DNA of 64,000 nucleotides from an uncultured delta proteobacterium. GTDB taxonomy: Bacteria > Desulfobacterota > Binatia > UBA9968. Under the pieces are notes generated by a model. That model was not told the origin of the DNA. It ran no database searches and was given only the letters and a program-made list of their open reading frames with translations. The position numbers were made by a program, and so were the translations under genes. Below, piece after piece: positions 21,215 to 30,530 of this stretch. How positions within the stretch are numbered: the stretch's first letter is position 1; every line of letters begins with the position of its first letter. The stretch lies in assembly GCA_963804165.1 (NCBI GenBank), contig CAWDPO010000025.1, forward strand, positions 1 to 64,000, in the 5' to 3' direction.

Positions 21215-22212
21215 GAGTTGCCATTAACGGATTTGGCCGAATCGGCCGCTCTGTGTTTCGTATTCTAGACAAGCGGACCGACGCCGAACTGGTAGCAATC
21301 AACGACGTCTTCGATCACGACGCGCTCCGATACTTGCTGAATTACGACACCGTGATGGGACGATTCGCGGGCACGTTGCGGCTCGAAGGCGATGAGCTGG
21401 TCACGTCGCACGGCCGAACCCGCATGCTCCGCGAGAAGGATCCGCTTAAACTGCCGTGGCGCGACCTCGGCATCGATGCCGTCATAGAATCGACCGGAAT
21501 ATTCACCAGCAGGGAACAGCTTAGCAAGCACCTGGAGGCCGGCGCCAAGCGTGTTGTGCTGACTGTTCCGGCGAAGGATGCGATCGATTATACCGTCGTG
21601 ATCGGCGTTAATGATGACGGGCTCAAGCCGGAGCACCGGATGATTTCCAACGCGAGCTGCACCACCAATTGCTTAGCGCCCATGGCAAAGGTGCTCCATG
21701 ATTCTTTCGGCATTGTCGAAGGGATCATCAATACCGTGCATGCATACACGAACGACCAGCGCCTTGCCGACGTGCCGCACTCGGACTGGCGGCGCAGCCG
21801 CGCCGCGGCGGAGAATATTATTCCGACCTCCACTGGGGCCGCGAAAGCGGTGGGCGAAGTGTTGCCACAGCTGAAAGGGCGGCTGGACGGTATCGCTGCG
21901 CGCGTTCCGGTGCCCGACGGTTCCGTGGTCGATTTGTTTGTTGAGCTGGAGAAACGGATTAGTCCCGACGACGTTCATACCGCGATAAAGGCTGCGGCGG
22001 CTTCGGAGCGGATGAAGGGTATTTTACAGCTCATGGAAACGCCCGTGGTATCGTCCGACGTGATCGGCAACTCGCACTCTTCTATATTCGACTCGGCATT
22101 CACCAGCGTCACCGGCGGCAGATACCTAAAGTGCCTCAGCTGGTACGACAACGAGTGGGGATATTCAAACCGCGTCTGCGATTTGCTGGGTTTGATCGGA
22201 CGGTGGGGATAG
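21211..22212 (+). CDS. gap: Type I glyceraldehyde-3-phosphate dehydrogenase
   Basis: AINGFGRIGR, ESTG, SNASCTTNCLAP, TVHAYTNDQ, ARVPV, WYDNEWGYSNR; ATGA overlap with the upstream gene. Confidence 0.95.
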   Translation: MRVAINGFGRIGRSVFRILDKRTDAELVAINDVFDHDALRYLLNYDTVMGRFAGTLRLEGDELVTSHGRTRMLREKDPLKLPWRDLGIDAVIESTGIFTSREQLSKHLEAGAKRVVLTVPAKDAIDYTVVIGVNDDGLKPEHRMISNASCTTNCLAPMAKVLHDSFGIVEGIINTVHAYTNDQRLADVPHSDWRRSRAAAENIIPTSTGAAKAVGEVLPQLKGRLDGIAARVPVPDGSVVDLFVELEKRISPDDVHTAIKAAAASERMKGILQLMETPVVSSDVIGNSHSSIFDSAFTSVTGGRYLKCLSWYDNEWGYSNRVCDLLGLIGRWG

Positions 22213-22341
22213 CTTGCGTCGCCGTTGAAGTTTGCGACGGTCGATCGAGACGTTCTGCGCTGCTATTGGATTGCTGCTCACTTAGGCCAAATAAAGGGAT
22301 GGAGAGCCTTTTATGATTCACCCGCGGGCAGAGCGGGAAAA

Positions 22342-23856
22342 TCACTTCGTTGCGTTCATCACTTCCAGCTTTCCCCGATCAATCTTGCCCATGGCGGTGC
22401 GCGGCAGGGCGGGGACAAACTCCACGATTTTCGGCGCTTTGTAGGAGGCCAGCAACTCTTTGCAGAATTGAATCAATGCGTCGGCGCTGCAAACGGCGCC
22501 GGGATGTAGAACCACGAACGCCTTTACGGCTTCGCCCCACTCGGCGCTTTTGAAGCCGCCGACGGCGGCGTCCGCCACTGCCGGATGTTTGCGCAGTGTG
22601 TCTTCAATCTCTTCGGGGAAGACGCTGATGCCGCCGCTCTTGATCATGTTCTTTTTACGGCCTGAGATGTGCAGGTAACCTTGGTCGTCGAGGAAGCCGA
22701 TGTCGCCGGTGTGACACCAGCCGCCTTGGAGAAATTCCTCCGTAGCCTGCGGATTTCGGTAATAGCCTTGAATTGCCAACGGGGTGCGTAAGCATATCTC
22801 ACCTTCTTCGCCGACCCGCATTTCGCGTCCGTCGTCGTCGATTTTGACTCGAACGCACCAGATTGGCTTGCCAATGCTGTCACCGAACGACACGCGATCC
22901 TCAGGCGTAAGAACCGTGATTTGGCCGCAGTCCGTGGAGGCGTAGGCTTCGTAATACCTCGGACAGACTTTCTCCCAGAAGCTTTGTGCTGCGTCGAGAG
23001 ACAAGTGACCGCTAGTGATGCTCACATAGGTAAGCGACGACTTGTCGAATCGATCAAGTTTTTCGTAGCGCAACAGGCGCTCGCATAGCGTCGGGACCAG
23101 TATCGAGAAGGTGATCTTCTCCTGCTCGATGGTTGTCAAAAACGCTCGCTCGTCAAATCTTTCCTGAATGAAAACCGTCCCACCGATGTAGAGAAGCCCG
23201 ATCACGGAGCCACGCCCCGCATTGAAGTGGACCGGCAAGGTCATCAGCGCGCGCTCATCGGCGTTGGTTCCGCGGGTGATCGCGTAGTTCAACGAACGCA
23301 GCGTGTAGGCCTCGTGACTGACGGTGCATGCCTTGGGAAATCCCGTCGTCCCGGACGTGATCATGAGAATGAAGGTGTCTTTGCTGTCGACTTCGACTTC
23401 CGGGTCGTCCGGGCTCCCCGTGGCCAGAGCGTCTTCAAACGGCCTGCCTTCGATGTTCTCGGTCCCTTCTATCACGAGTCATCTCTCCTGCGTCATGCGC
23501 TCGCGCAGGATGCCCGTGAGATCTGTGGTTTCTTTGCGTCCTTCCAAAATGAAAGCCCTCGGCGCGAAGAAATTGACCATCGCTTCGCATTCCCGAGCGC
23601 TCCAGTGATAGTCGAAGGGAACGGCCACGGCGCCGATCTTGGCCAGCGCGAAGATGGCTTCGAAATGCTCAGCGCGGCTGCCGCAAGAGAGGCCGACTAG
23701 GTCGCCTTTGCGGATGTCTTGCGCGAATAGGTAATTGGCCAGGCGATTGGTGCGATCGTGGAATTCCCGATAAGTCACCGTGCGGTGCGCGTCAACGATG
23801 GCGCGTTTTGCCGGAAAGCGTTGGGCGTTACGAGGTAGCGATTCACCGATATTCAT
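22342..23856 (-). CDS. Acyl-CoA synthetase / AMP-binding enzyme (frameshift near 23477)
   Basis: ITSGTTGFPK, YASTD, GEIC, HTGDIG, GRKKNMIKSGG, LPRTAMGK. Confidence 0.9.
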
Positions 23857-23916
23857 GACGCAAAAAAGTGTCGTTGACCGACGGTTCCTTAGACTATTTC
23901 GTCCCGCACTCTTAGG

Positions 23917-24021
23917 CTGTCATCCTGAGTGTCAACGAAGGATCTGTTTTGTTTTCATCCGTCCGTTCGCTCAGAAAAAAACAAAGCAGATTCTTCGTCG
24001 CTTCGCTCCTCAGAATGACAG
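23917..24021. repeat. REP-like palindromic element
   Basis: ctgtcatcctgagtgtcaacgaaggatctg...cagattcttcgtcgcttcgctcctcagaatgacag. Confidence 0.75.
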
Positions 24022-24059
24022 GATTAATGTAAGTGTCGCAGTGATGAAAGTGCCGCAAG

Positions 24060-25064
24060 CTATTTTTTCCAAACGGCATCGATGAAGCCGGTTTTTTCCA
24101 GCTCCTGAATAAAACTCGAGTCGACTACCGCGTTGGGATCAAAGGTCTTGGCGCGGGGATCGCGCGCCTCCAAGGTTTTGAGCATGAACTCGATGCCTTT
24201 CATGTTGACGTACGGAACGCGGTCCTGGTATCGCGTAACGACTTCGTAGGTTGGGTTGAGCACGTTGGGGTCGCGATTTTGCGCGAAGTCGGCGGTGACC
24301 TTGAGTACGAACTCTTTATTCTCCTTGTAATAACGCAGTCCTTCGACGAAGGTTTTCATCACTCTCATGACGGTGTCGCGATGAGATTTTATGTAGGTCT
24401 TGGTGCTGGCAAAACAACTGCCGGGGTTGTAAAGACCGAGCTTGCTCATATCGATGAGCGGGTTGAGCCCGAGCCTCTCCGCGGCGATGTCCTGCGGCGG
24501 AATGAACGTAGAGCCACTGATCACCCCTTTGCTCAAAGCCGCCAAGCGCGTGGGCGCACCGCCGACAGCGACGACGGCGAAGTCGCGGTCGGGAATAAGG
24601 CCGCGGTCGCGGAGGATGAAACGGACGACGCTATCTTCCTGCGAGCCGATGGTCGTGACGCCCAGTGTTTTGCCCTTGAGGTCGGCGATCGTTTTTATGT
24701 TCGGCGTTGTGAAAAACCGCCAGTAGAGCGTATTGATGCCGCAAGCGAGATAGACGGTGTCAGCGCCGCCTACGGCGGATGCAACGATCGCCGCGCCGCC
24801 GATGAAGCTCAGCGGTACCTGGCCCGAAACCATCGCAGTAGTTAGAATCGGGCTTCCTTGGATATAAACGAGATCGACGTCGAGCCCGTTCTTTTTGAAC
24901 AAACCACTCTTGCGCATCACGTCGACAATACCGAGAGATGCGACCGGAGCGGGATAGCCAATGACGAGTTTTTCCAGTTTCTGCGCGTCAGCAGTCCAGA
25001 TGGAGTAGGGCTCGAAGAGATGAAGACATAGGACACTTGCGAGGAGAATTGCACGATAATTCAA
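24060..25064 (-). CDS. ABC-type substrate-binding protein, NMT1/THI5-like
   Basis: Signal peptide, GLFKKNGLDVDL, DLKGKTLGV, VDSSFIQELEKTGFID. Confidence 0.88.
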   Translation of the reverse strand: MNYRAILLASVLCLHLFEPYSIWTADAQKLEKLVIGYPAPVASLGIVDVMRKSGLFKKNGLDVDLVYIQGSPILTTAMVSGQVPLSFIGGAAIVASAVGGADTVYLACGINTLYWRFFTTPNIKTIADLKGKTLGVTTIGSQEDSVVRFILRDRGLIPDRDFAVVAVGGAPTRLAALSKGVISGSTFIPPQDIAAERLGLNPLIDMSKLGLYNPGSCFASTKTYIKSHRDTVMRVMKTFVEGLRYYKENKEFVLKVTADFAQNRDPNVLNPTYEVVTRYQDRVPYVNMKGIEFMLKTLEARDPRAKTFDPNAVVDSSFIQELEKTGFIDAVWKK

Positions 25065-25125
25065 TTGACAGCCCCTTCTCTAGCTTGGCATTCTCTGTGG
25101 CGAAATCGGCTTCGTTTTTTTGTTT

Positions 25126-26247
25126 CTACTTTTTATACAACTGCTCGACGAAGCCGGCGCGGCGAATCTCCTCGACGACGCTCGAGTCCCAAAAATCTCT
25201 TTCGGTGAATTGCTTGGCGCGTGGATCGTCGAGCGCGGCCATATCGAGATGAAAGCGAATCGACTCGGGATTGGCTCGAAGTTCTTTCTCAAGCCGGCGC
25301 GTTGTTTCGTCGTACAAGTAGCCCATCGCGGTCGCGTCGGAGTTCTGAAAGTATCGTTGTAAGATTTTCAGGCTCTCGTCCTTGTGCGTGCTCATGTAAT
25401 GGATGCCTTCGATATAGCCTTTGAGAAAATTGATCACCAGCGCGCGATTCTGCTTCAACAGTGCCGCGGTGATGTTGATACCACCGCCAGGACTCGGCAC
25501 GTCGAATTTTTGCAGCACTTTCAGACCTTCGTTTTTGCCGATCAAATCCAACGGCGGAAAAAGCATGGTGCCGTGAATCACGCCGGCCTTTACCGCGGAG
25601 AGCCGCCCGCCTTCGCCGCCGCCGATGGAGAGGAATTTTACGTCTTCGTTGGGGTTGAGGCCGTGGTCGCGCAGCAACTTCGCCAAACGAATGTAGCTTG
25701 CGTCCCGCCCGCGGGAGATTCCCAGTATTTTCCCTTTTAGGTCCTGCACCGATTGGATCGACGGCTGAGTGAGCAAAGACGAGCCAAGGGTATTCATCGT
25801 CACGCCGAGCCGTACGACCGGAATGCCTTGGAGCTGCGCCGTAGTGACGCCGGTATCGGAGCCGACGACAAATTGCACGCTCTGGCCGATCAGCGCCGGC
25901 ACCGCGCGCGCGCCGCCGCTCACTAAAATGGGCTCGACCTCCAAGCCATAGTTCTGCCAGATTTTTCTATCGGCGGTTACCCACGATGGCGTGGAGCCGG
26001 GTGCCACGGCAGGGTAGGCGACGCGGAGTCTTTCGAATTTTTCGGCGGCGTGCGCGGGGACGATTGTCGCTGCAAAAGCCATAAATGCGAGAGCGAAAGG
26101 TATCACACGTTGAAGCGTAATTTTCCGGACGCCCTTCGACGGGCTCAGGGTGAGCGGACTTAGGATTGGGCTGCCCTCGTTGTTTCCGTTCGTGATGAAC
26201 TCGTCGAAGCACGGAGTCCGTTTTCCGGATAATCTGGTAGTCGGCAT
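25126..26247 (-). CDS. ABC-type substrate-binding protein, NMT1/THI5-like (true start uncertain; N-terminal extension is REP-derived)
   Basis: Signal-like FALAFMAFAATIVPAHA, YGLEVE, DLKGKILG, GFVEQLYK. Confidence 0.85.
   Translation of the reverse strand: MPTTRLSGKRTPCFDEFITNGNNEGSPILSPLTLSPSKGVRKITLQRVIPFALAFMAFAATIVPAHAAEKFERLRVAYPAVAPGSTPSWVTADRKIWQNYGLEVEPILVSGGARAVPALIGQSVQFVVGSDTGVTTAQLQGIPVVRLGVTMNTLGSSLLTQPSIQSVQDLKGKILGISRGRDASYIRLAKLLRDHGLNPNEDVKFLSIGGGEGGRLSAVKAGVIHGTMLFPPLDLIGKNEGLKVLQKFDVPSPGGGINITAALLKQNRALVINFLKGYIEGIHYMSTHKDESLKILQRYFQNSDATAMGYLYDETTRRLEKELRANPESIRFHLDMAALDDPRAKQFTERDFWDSSVVEEIRRAGFVEQLYKK
26121..26229. repeat. REP/MITE-like palindrome flanked by 9-bp direct repeats TTTTCCGGA
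   Basis: TTTTCCGGA at 26121-26129 and 26221-26229 bracket cccttcgacgggctcagggtgagcgga...tccgttcgtgatgaactcgtcgaag. Confidence 0.65.
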
Positions 26248-27096
26248 CTAAAACCACCGTCCCGTCAGAAACTGGTTGATGTTGCGCTCGACCATGCGGG
26301 TCTTACCGAGTCCCATGTAGTTGCCGCTTTGCATATGCTTGGCGACTTCCTCGCGGCTTTTGCGGCCGGATTTGATATCCTCGAGATGGCCATGAAAATC
26401 CTCTAGATAATCGTGCATCTTCTTGAAGTAGCTGCGCCCGGCCTGCTCGCCTTCGACCGTCGGACCGTGACCGGGCACGAGATGTTTGTAACGGCTTTCA
26501 AACAGCGGCTTCAGGGCCGTGAGCCAGTTGGGAATATTACCGAAGAAAGTCACTGGATGAACTTCGGTGTAGAGCAGATCGCCGGCGATGAATGTTTCAT
26601 CCTCTTCGAGATAAAGCGTCGTGTCGCCTTTGCTGTGGCTGTGGCCGTTCTCGGCACAGTATTTTAAATGCAAAGTTACGCCGGGCAAGGTCACTTTCGT
26701 CGTCTCGTTAAAAACGATGTCCGGCAGCGTCAGGCTGAGACCGGGAAAGCGCTCGTAGAATTCCGGTACCGGTTTGAGCATGCGTTTGAAATCCAATGCC
26801 CCATCATCTCTCATCGCGCCGACACAGCCCGCGCTCGCTACGATCGGCACGCCGCGCCGGCGAAAATAGAAATTCGCCGAGGTGTGATCGAAGTGCTCGT
26901 GGGTATTGACCAGATACTCGACGCGAGAGCAACCGGTGAGCTTCAGCGCTTCTTCGACTTCGTCGATGCGCCTGATGTCGGCATCGATGAGCACCGCGCC
27001 GCCGTCGGCGCCTTTAATGATCGTAAAGTTCGTAGCGCCTTCCGGGCCGATCACGGCGTAGGCGGATCGGCTGATTTGCTGGACCTGGGATTCCAT
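26248..27096 (-). CDS. MBL-fold metallo-hydrolase
   Basis: NTHEHFDH, HSHSKGD, IAGDL, VPGHG motifs. Confidence 0.9.
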   Translation of the reverse strand: MESQVQQISRSAYAVIGPEGATNFTIIKGADGGAVLIDADIRRIDEVEEALKLTGCSRVEYLVNTHEHFDHTSANFYFRRRGVPIVASAGCVGAMRDDGALDFKRMLKPVPEFYERFPGLSLTLPDIVFNETTKVTLPGVTLHLKYCAENGHSHSKGDTTLYLEEDETFIAGDLLYTEVHPVTFFGNIPNWLTALKPLFESRYKHLVPGHGPTVEGEQAGRSYFKKMHDYLEDFHGHLEDIKSGRKSREEVAKHMQSGNYMGLGKTRMVERNINQFLTGRWF

Positions 27097-27436
27097 TTGC
27101 TAGTGGGATATCCGATTGACCCGCCGCTTTCAAGGTAAACGCTGTCGAAATAAGAAACGACCATTTTCATCGCAGAGGCACAGAGTTCGCAGAGTTTTTT
27201 ATTCACTCCCCTCCCCCTCAGCGTCATGACAAAAAATCAAAATCTCAAAAATTGCAAATTCTGCCTGAACGAAATCAAGTATTCAACTGCTGATTTTTGC
27301 GAAGGATTTTTCTCACGTCAGCGCCTCAGCGGTGAGATATTCGATTCATCGAGTGCTGACCGCTGCGGCGGTTGACCGGACCGGATGGCGGTGTTATTCG
27401 CCTAGGAACATTCGATAACAGTGAAAGGATTTGTTC

Positions 27437-28216
27437 ATGATCACAGAAGGCAAATTTACTTTAGTGGAAATCCGCGGCGCGGTGGCGAAGATCACCATCA
27501 ATCGGCCGGAGAAAAGAAACGCTTTGAGTCGCGATGCGATTCGCGAAATTTTGGCTGTCTTCGAAGAGTTGCGAAAAGACGACTCCATTGCTGTGGTCAT
27601 GACGACCGGCGCGGGCGACGTCGCGTATTGCGCCGGGCGGGATTTATCGGAGTTCCCCACCGAGGGCGGCAGGAATCGCGGCACCGACCGGCGCGCCGAG
27701 CCACGCGCCTATCATGTCGCCGAGGTGATTCGGACATTTCCCAAAGTGACGATCGCCGTAGTGAACGGTTTCTGTTTGGGCGGCGGTATTACACTCTTGT
27801 TGCCGCACGATCTCGCGATTGCATCCGACAAGGCGCAGTTCGGGCTGCCGGAAATCAAGCGCGGCTTCTTGCCCTATCCAATCATCGCAACAATGTTCAA
27901 GACCCTCATTCCGACGAAGCTCGCATTCGAGTTGATCCTCACCGGCGAAAATTGGGACGCGAAAAAATCGATGGATGCCGGCTTGATCAATCGCGTCGTA
28001 TCGCACGCCGAGCTACAGGATGCGGCGTGGAAATGGGGCGAGGAGATCGGCAAGTTCGACAAGGTCACCTTAAAATACTGCAAGATGGCGGCGCACTCGT
28101 CGATGGAAGCGGCGAGCGTGCCCGCCGCGGCGGAAATCGCCTGGCTCATGCAGGAAGAACACGCGCTCGTTAATCCGCGCGCCTACGCAGGGACAAGAGA
28201 GTTTCATAAACAATGA
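27437..28216 (+). CDS. Crotonase family enzyme, hydroxycinnamoyl-CoA hydratase-lyase (HCHL/FerB)-like
   Basis: INRPEKRNALS, YCAGRDL, VNGFCLGGGIT (first catalytic Glu absent, as in HCHL), FGLPEIKRG. Confidence 0.8.
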   Translation: MITEGKFTLVEIRGAVAKITINRPEKRNALSRDAIREILAVFEELRKDDSIAVVMTTGAGDVAYCAGRDLSEFPTEGGRNRGTDRRAEPRAYHVAEVIRTFPKVTIAVVNGFCLGGGITLLLPHDLAIASDKAQFGLPEIKRGFLPYPIIATMFKTLIPTKLAFELILTGENWDAKKSMDAGLINRVVSHAELQDAAWKWGEEIGKFDKVTLKYCKMAAHSSMEAASVPAAAEIAWLMQEEHALVNPRAYAGTREFHKQ

Positions 28217-28408
28217 GATGAATTTATGCCAAAGCCGTCGTACCCCAAGGTTTTTTTTGGCGGTGCAGCTCCAGTTTCATCTGGATTCGCTATAGAAGCA
28301 TTCGGAAAGGATAAACTCTTAGTGGTTTTGGGATTGGTGTTTGCGTAGTGAGCTACGGGAGTTTAGCCGGAGAGATAAAATGAGAGCTAATTTGAAAGGA
28401 GCGGAAAT

Positions 28409-28849
28409 CTGACCACCGACCGGTTCGCAAGCGGTGTGCTCGCCCTATTTGCCCTGCTAGTGATTTGGGAGAGCCGCGTGCTACCCTTCGGAACGTTTCG
28501 TCAACCCGGGCCGGCTTACATCCCCGTTCTTCTTGCATCGCTGCTTTTGATTTTCGCAATCTTCCTCGCAGCCACCGCTAGCCGCGCGCCGTCCCTGTCT
28601 TCGATTCACTGGACCGGTTGGCGCCATGTCCTGGCAATTCTAGCGTCGTGCATCTTTGCTGTCGGCGCATTAGAGCGTCTTGGTTATCGCCTGACCCTGC
28701 TGCTCATGCTTGGCTTCCTGCTCAAGGTGGTCGAAAAGCGTGGCTGGAGGGTGACGATGGCCTTTGCTTTGGCCTTGCCATTCGGTTCGTTCTACTTATT
28801 TTATACGCTCTTGCGGGTTCCGTTACCGCAGGGTCCGCTGGGATTCTGA
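28409..28849 (+). CDS. tctB: Tripartite tricarboxylate transporter TctB
   Basis: PGPAYIP, LERLGY, LLRVPLPQG; four TM helices; possible CTG start at 28409 after AGGAG. Confidence 0.85.
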   Translation: MTTDRFASGVLALFALLVIWESRVLPFGTFRQPGPAYIPVLLASLLLIFAIFLAATASRAPSLSSIHWTGWRHVLAILASCIFAVGALERLGYRLTLLLMLGFLLKVVEKRGWRVTMAFALALPFGSFYLFYTLLRVPLPQGPLGF

Positions 28850-28939
28850 TGTTCAGCGGGGATAGGGCTCAAGTCATAAGTACGTAAACGGCTTGAACGA
28901 TTTGAACGTCTTGAACTGCTTGAACATATTCATTCGTCG

Positions 28940-30463
28940 ATGACTGAAACTCTGCAAAATCTCTATCTCGGTTTCTCCGTGGCGCTCACGCCAAGTGTCT
29001 TGCTCTATGCTTTTGTCGGCTGTGTCATTGGAACTCTGGTCGGCGTCCTGCCGGGAGTAGGTCCGCTTGCCGGCATCAGCTTGCTGCTTCCCGTTTCCTT
29101 CGGTCTGGACGCGACTTCGGCAATCGTTCTGCTCGCCGGCATTTACTACGGCGCCATGTACGGCGGGTCGACGACTTCGATACTGATGCGCATCCCCGGC
29201 GAGGCGGCCTCGGTCATGACCTGTATCGACGGCTACGCCATGACCCGTCAAGGCCGGGCGGGACCGGCGTTGGCCATTGCGGCAGTGGGTTCCTATATCG
29301 CCGGAACGTTCAGTGTTATCGCTCTTATGCTTCTGGCGCCGCCTTTGGCGAGCTTTGCTCTGCGCTTTGGGCCGCCGGAATATTTTACACTGCTGCTTTT
29401 GGGTTTACTGGCGCTCGCGTATATGAGCGGCGGTTCCATGCTTAAGTCTCTCGCCATGGCGGCGTTAGGACTTTTATTAGGCATGATCGGAATCGATCCG
29501 ATGACGGGATTCTCTCGCTTTAGTTACGGGCTGGTCGAGTTAGCCGACGGGATCGGTGTGGTGCCGGTGGCGGTGGGGCTGTTTGGCCTTTCAGAGATTC
29601 TACTGACCGCGGGACAGCCGACGGTGCCCGAGGTGACAAAACCGCGGCTAAGCGAGCTGCTGCCGTCGCGGGAGGAATGGCGCGCTTCGCTTTGGCCCAT
29701 CGGCCGGGGGACGGTTCTTGGTTTTTTGATTGGCATCATTCCAGGCTCGGCGCACATCATCGCGTCATTTGTTTCCTACGCCGTCGAGCGGCGCGTCTCC
29801 AAACATCCTGAGCGCTTCGGACAAGGCGCCATCGAAGGCGTCGCCGGACCGGAGTCGGCGAACAACTCGGCAGCTTCGGGAGCCTTCGTTCCGATGCTCG
29901 CGTTGGGCGTTCCATCCGGACCGATTCCAGCAGTGATGATCGCGGCCATGATGGTGCATGGCCTCTCACCCGGTCCGCTCCTGATCTCGCAGCAGCCGGA
30001 GCTCTTTTGGGGTTTCATTGCCAGCATGTACGTCGGCAACGTCGTGCTTTTGATTCTGAATCTTCCGTTGGTCGGAGTCTTTGTTAATCTCCTGAGAGTT
30101 CCTTATCCGTTCCTCTATCCTGGGATTCTCATGTTTTGCGTTCTCGGCGTCTATGCGGTCAATGGCAGCGTGGTCGATGTCGGGATCATGACGGCGATGG
30201 GCGCGCTCGGCTACGGGCTACGCAAGTTTGACTTCGAGACCGCGCCGGTAGTATTGGGGCTCGTACTGGCGCCGATGATGGAGATGAGCTTTCGCCAATC
30301 CCTGTCGATGTCTTCGGGCAGCTATAGTATTTTCATTACCCGGCCCATCGCTTTGGTTTTACTGGCGGTCGGGCTCGCATTGTTGCTGTCGAGCATCATT
30401 TCATTTGTCATGAGAAAAGCGGATTGGCGGCAACGACTGGGTTTTGCCGGCGCTAAAGAGTAG
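28940..30463 (+). CDS. tctA: Tripartite tricarboxylate transporter permease TctA
   Basis: GTLVGVLPGVG, YYGAMYGGS, PESANNSA, PGPLL. Confidence 0.95.
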   Translation: MTETLQNLYLGFSVALTPSVLLYAFVGCVIGTLVGVLPGVGPLAGISLLLPVSFGLDATSAIVLLAGIYYGAMYGGSTTSILMRIPGEAASVMTCIDGYAMTRQGRAGPALAIAAVGSYIAGTFSVIALMLLAPPLASFALRFGPPEYFTLLLLGLLALAYMSGGSMLKSLAMAALGLLLGMIGIDPMTGFSRFSYGLVELADGIGVVPVAVGLFGLSEILLTAGQPTVPEVTKPRLSELLPSREEWRASLWPIGRGTVLGFLIGIIPGSAHIIASFVSYAVERRVSKHPERFGQGAIEGVAGPESANNSAASGAFVPMLALGVPSGPIPAVMIAAMMVHGLSPGPLLISQQPELFWGFIASMYVGNVVLLILNLPLVGVFVNLLRVPYPFLYPGILMFCVLGVYAVNGSVVDVGIMTAMGALGYGLRKFDFETAPVVLGLVLAPMMEMSFRQSLSMSSGSYSIFITRPIALVLLAVGLALLLSSIISFVMRKADWRQRLGFAGAKE

Positions 30464-30530
30464 GTGTGATCGCTCTAAATCTAAAGGGGTCGAAATTCGA
30501 TTCGCTAGCTGCGGATCGCGGAGGTGAAAA

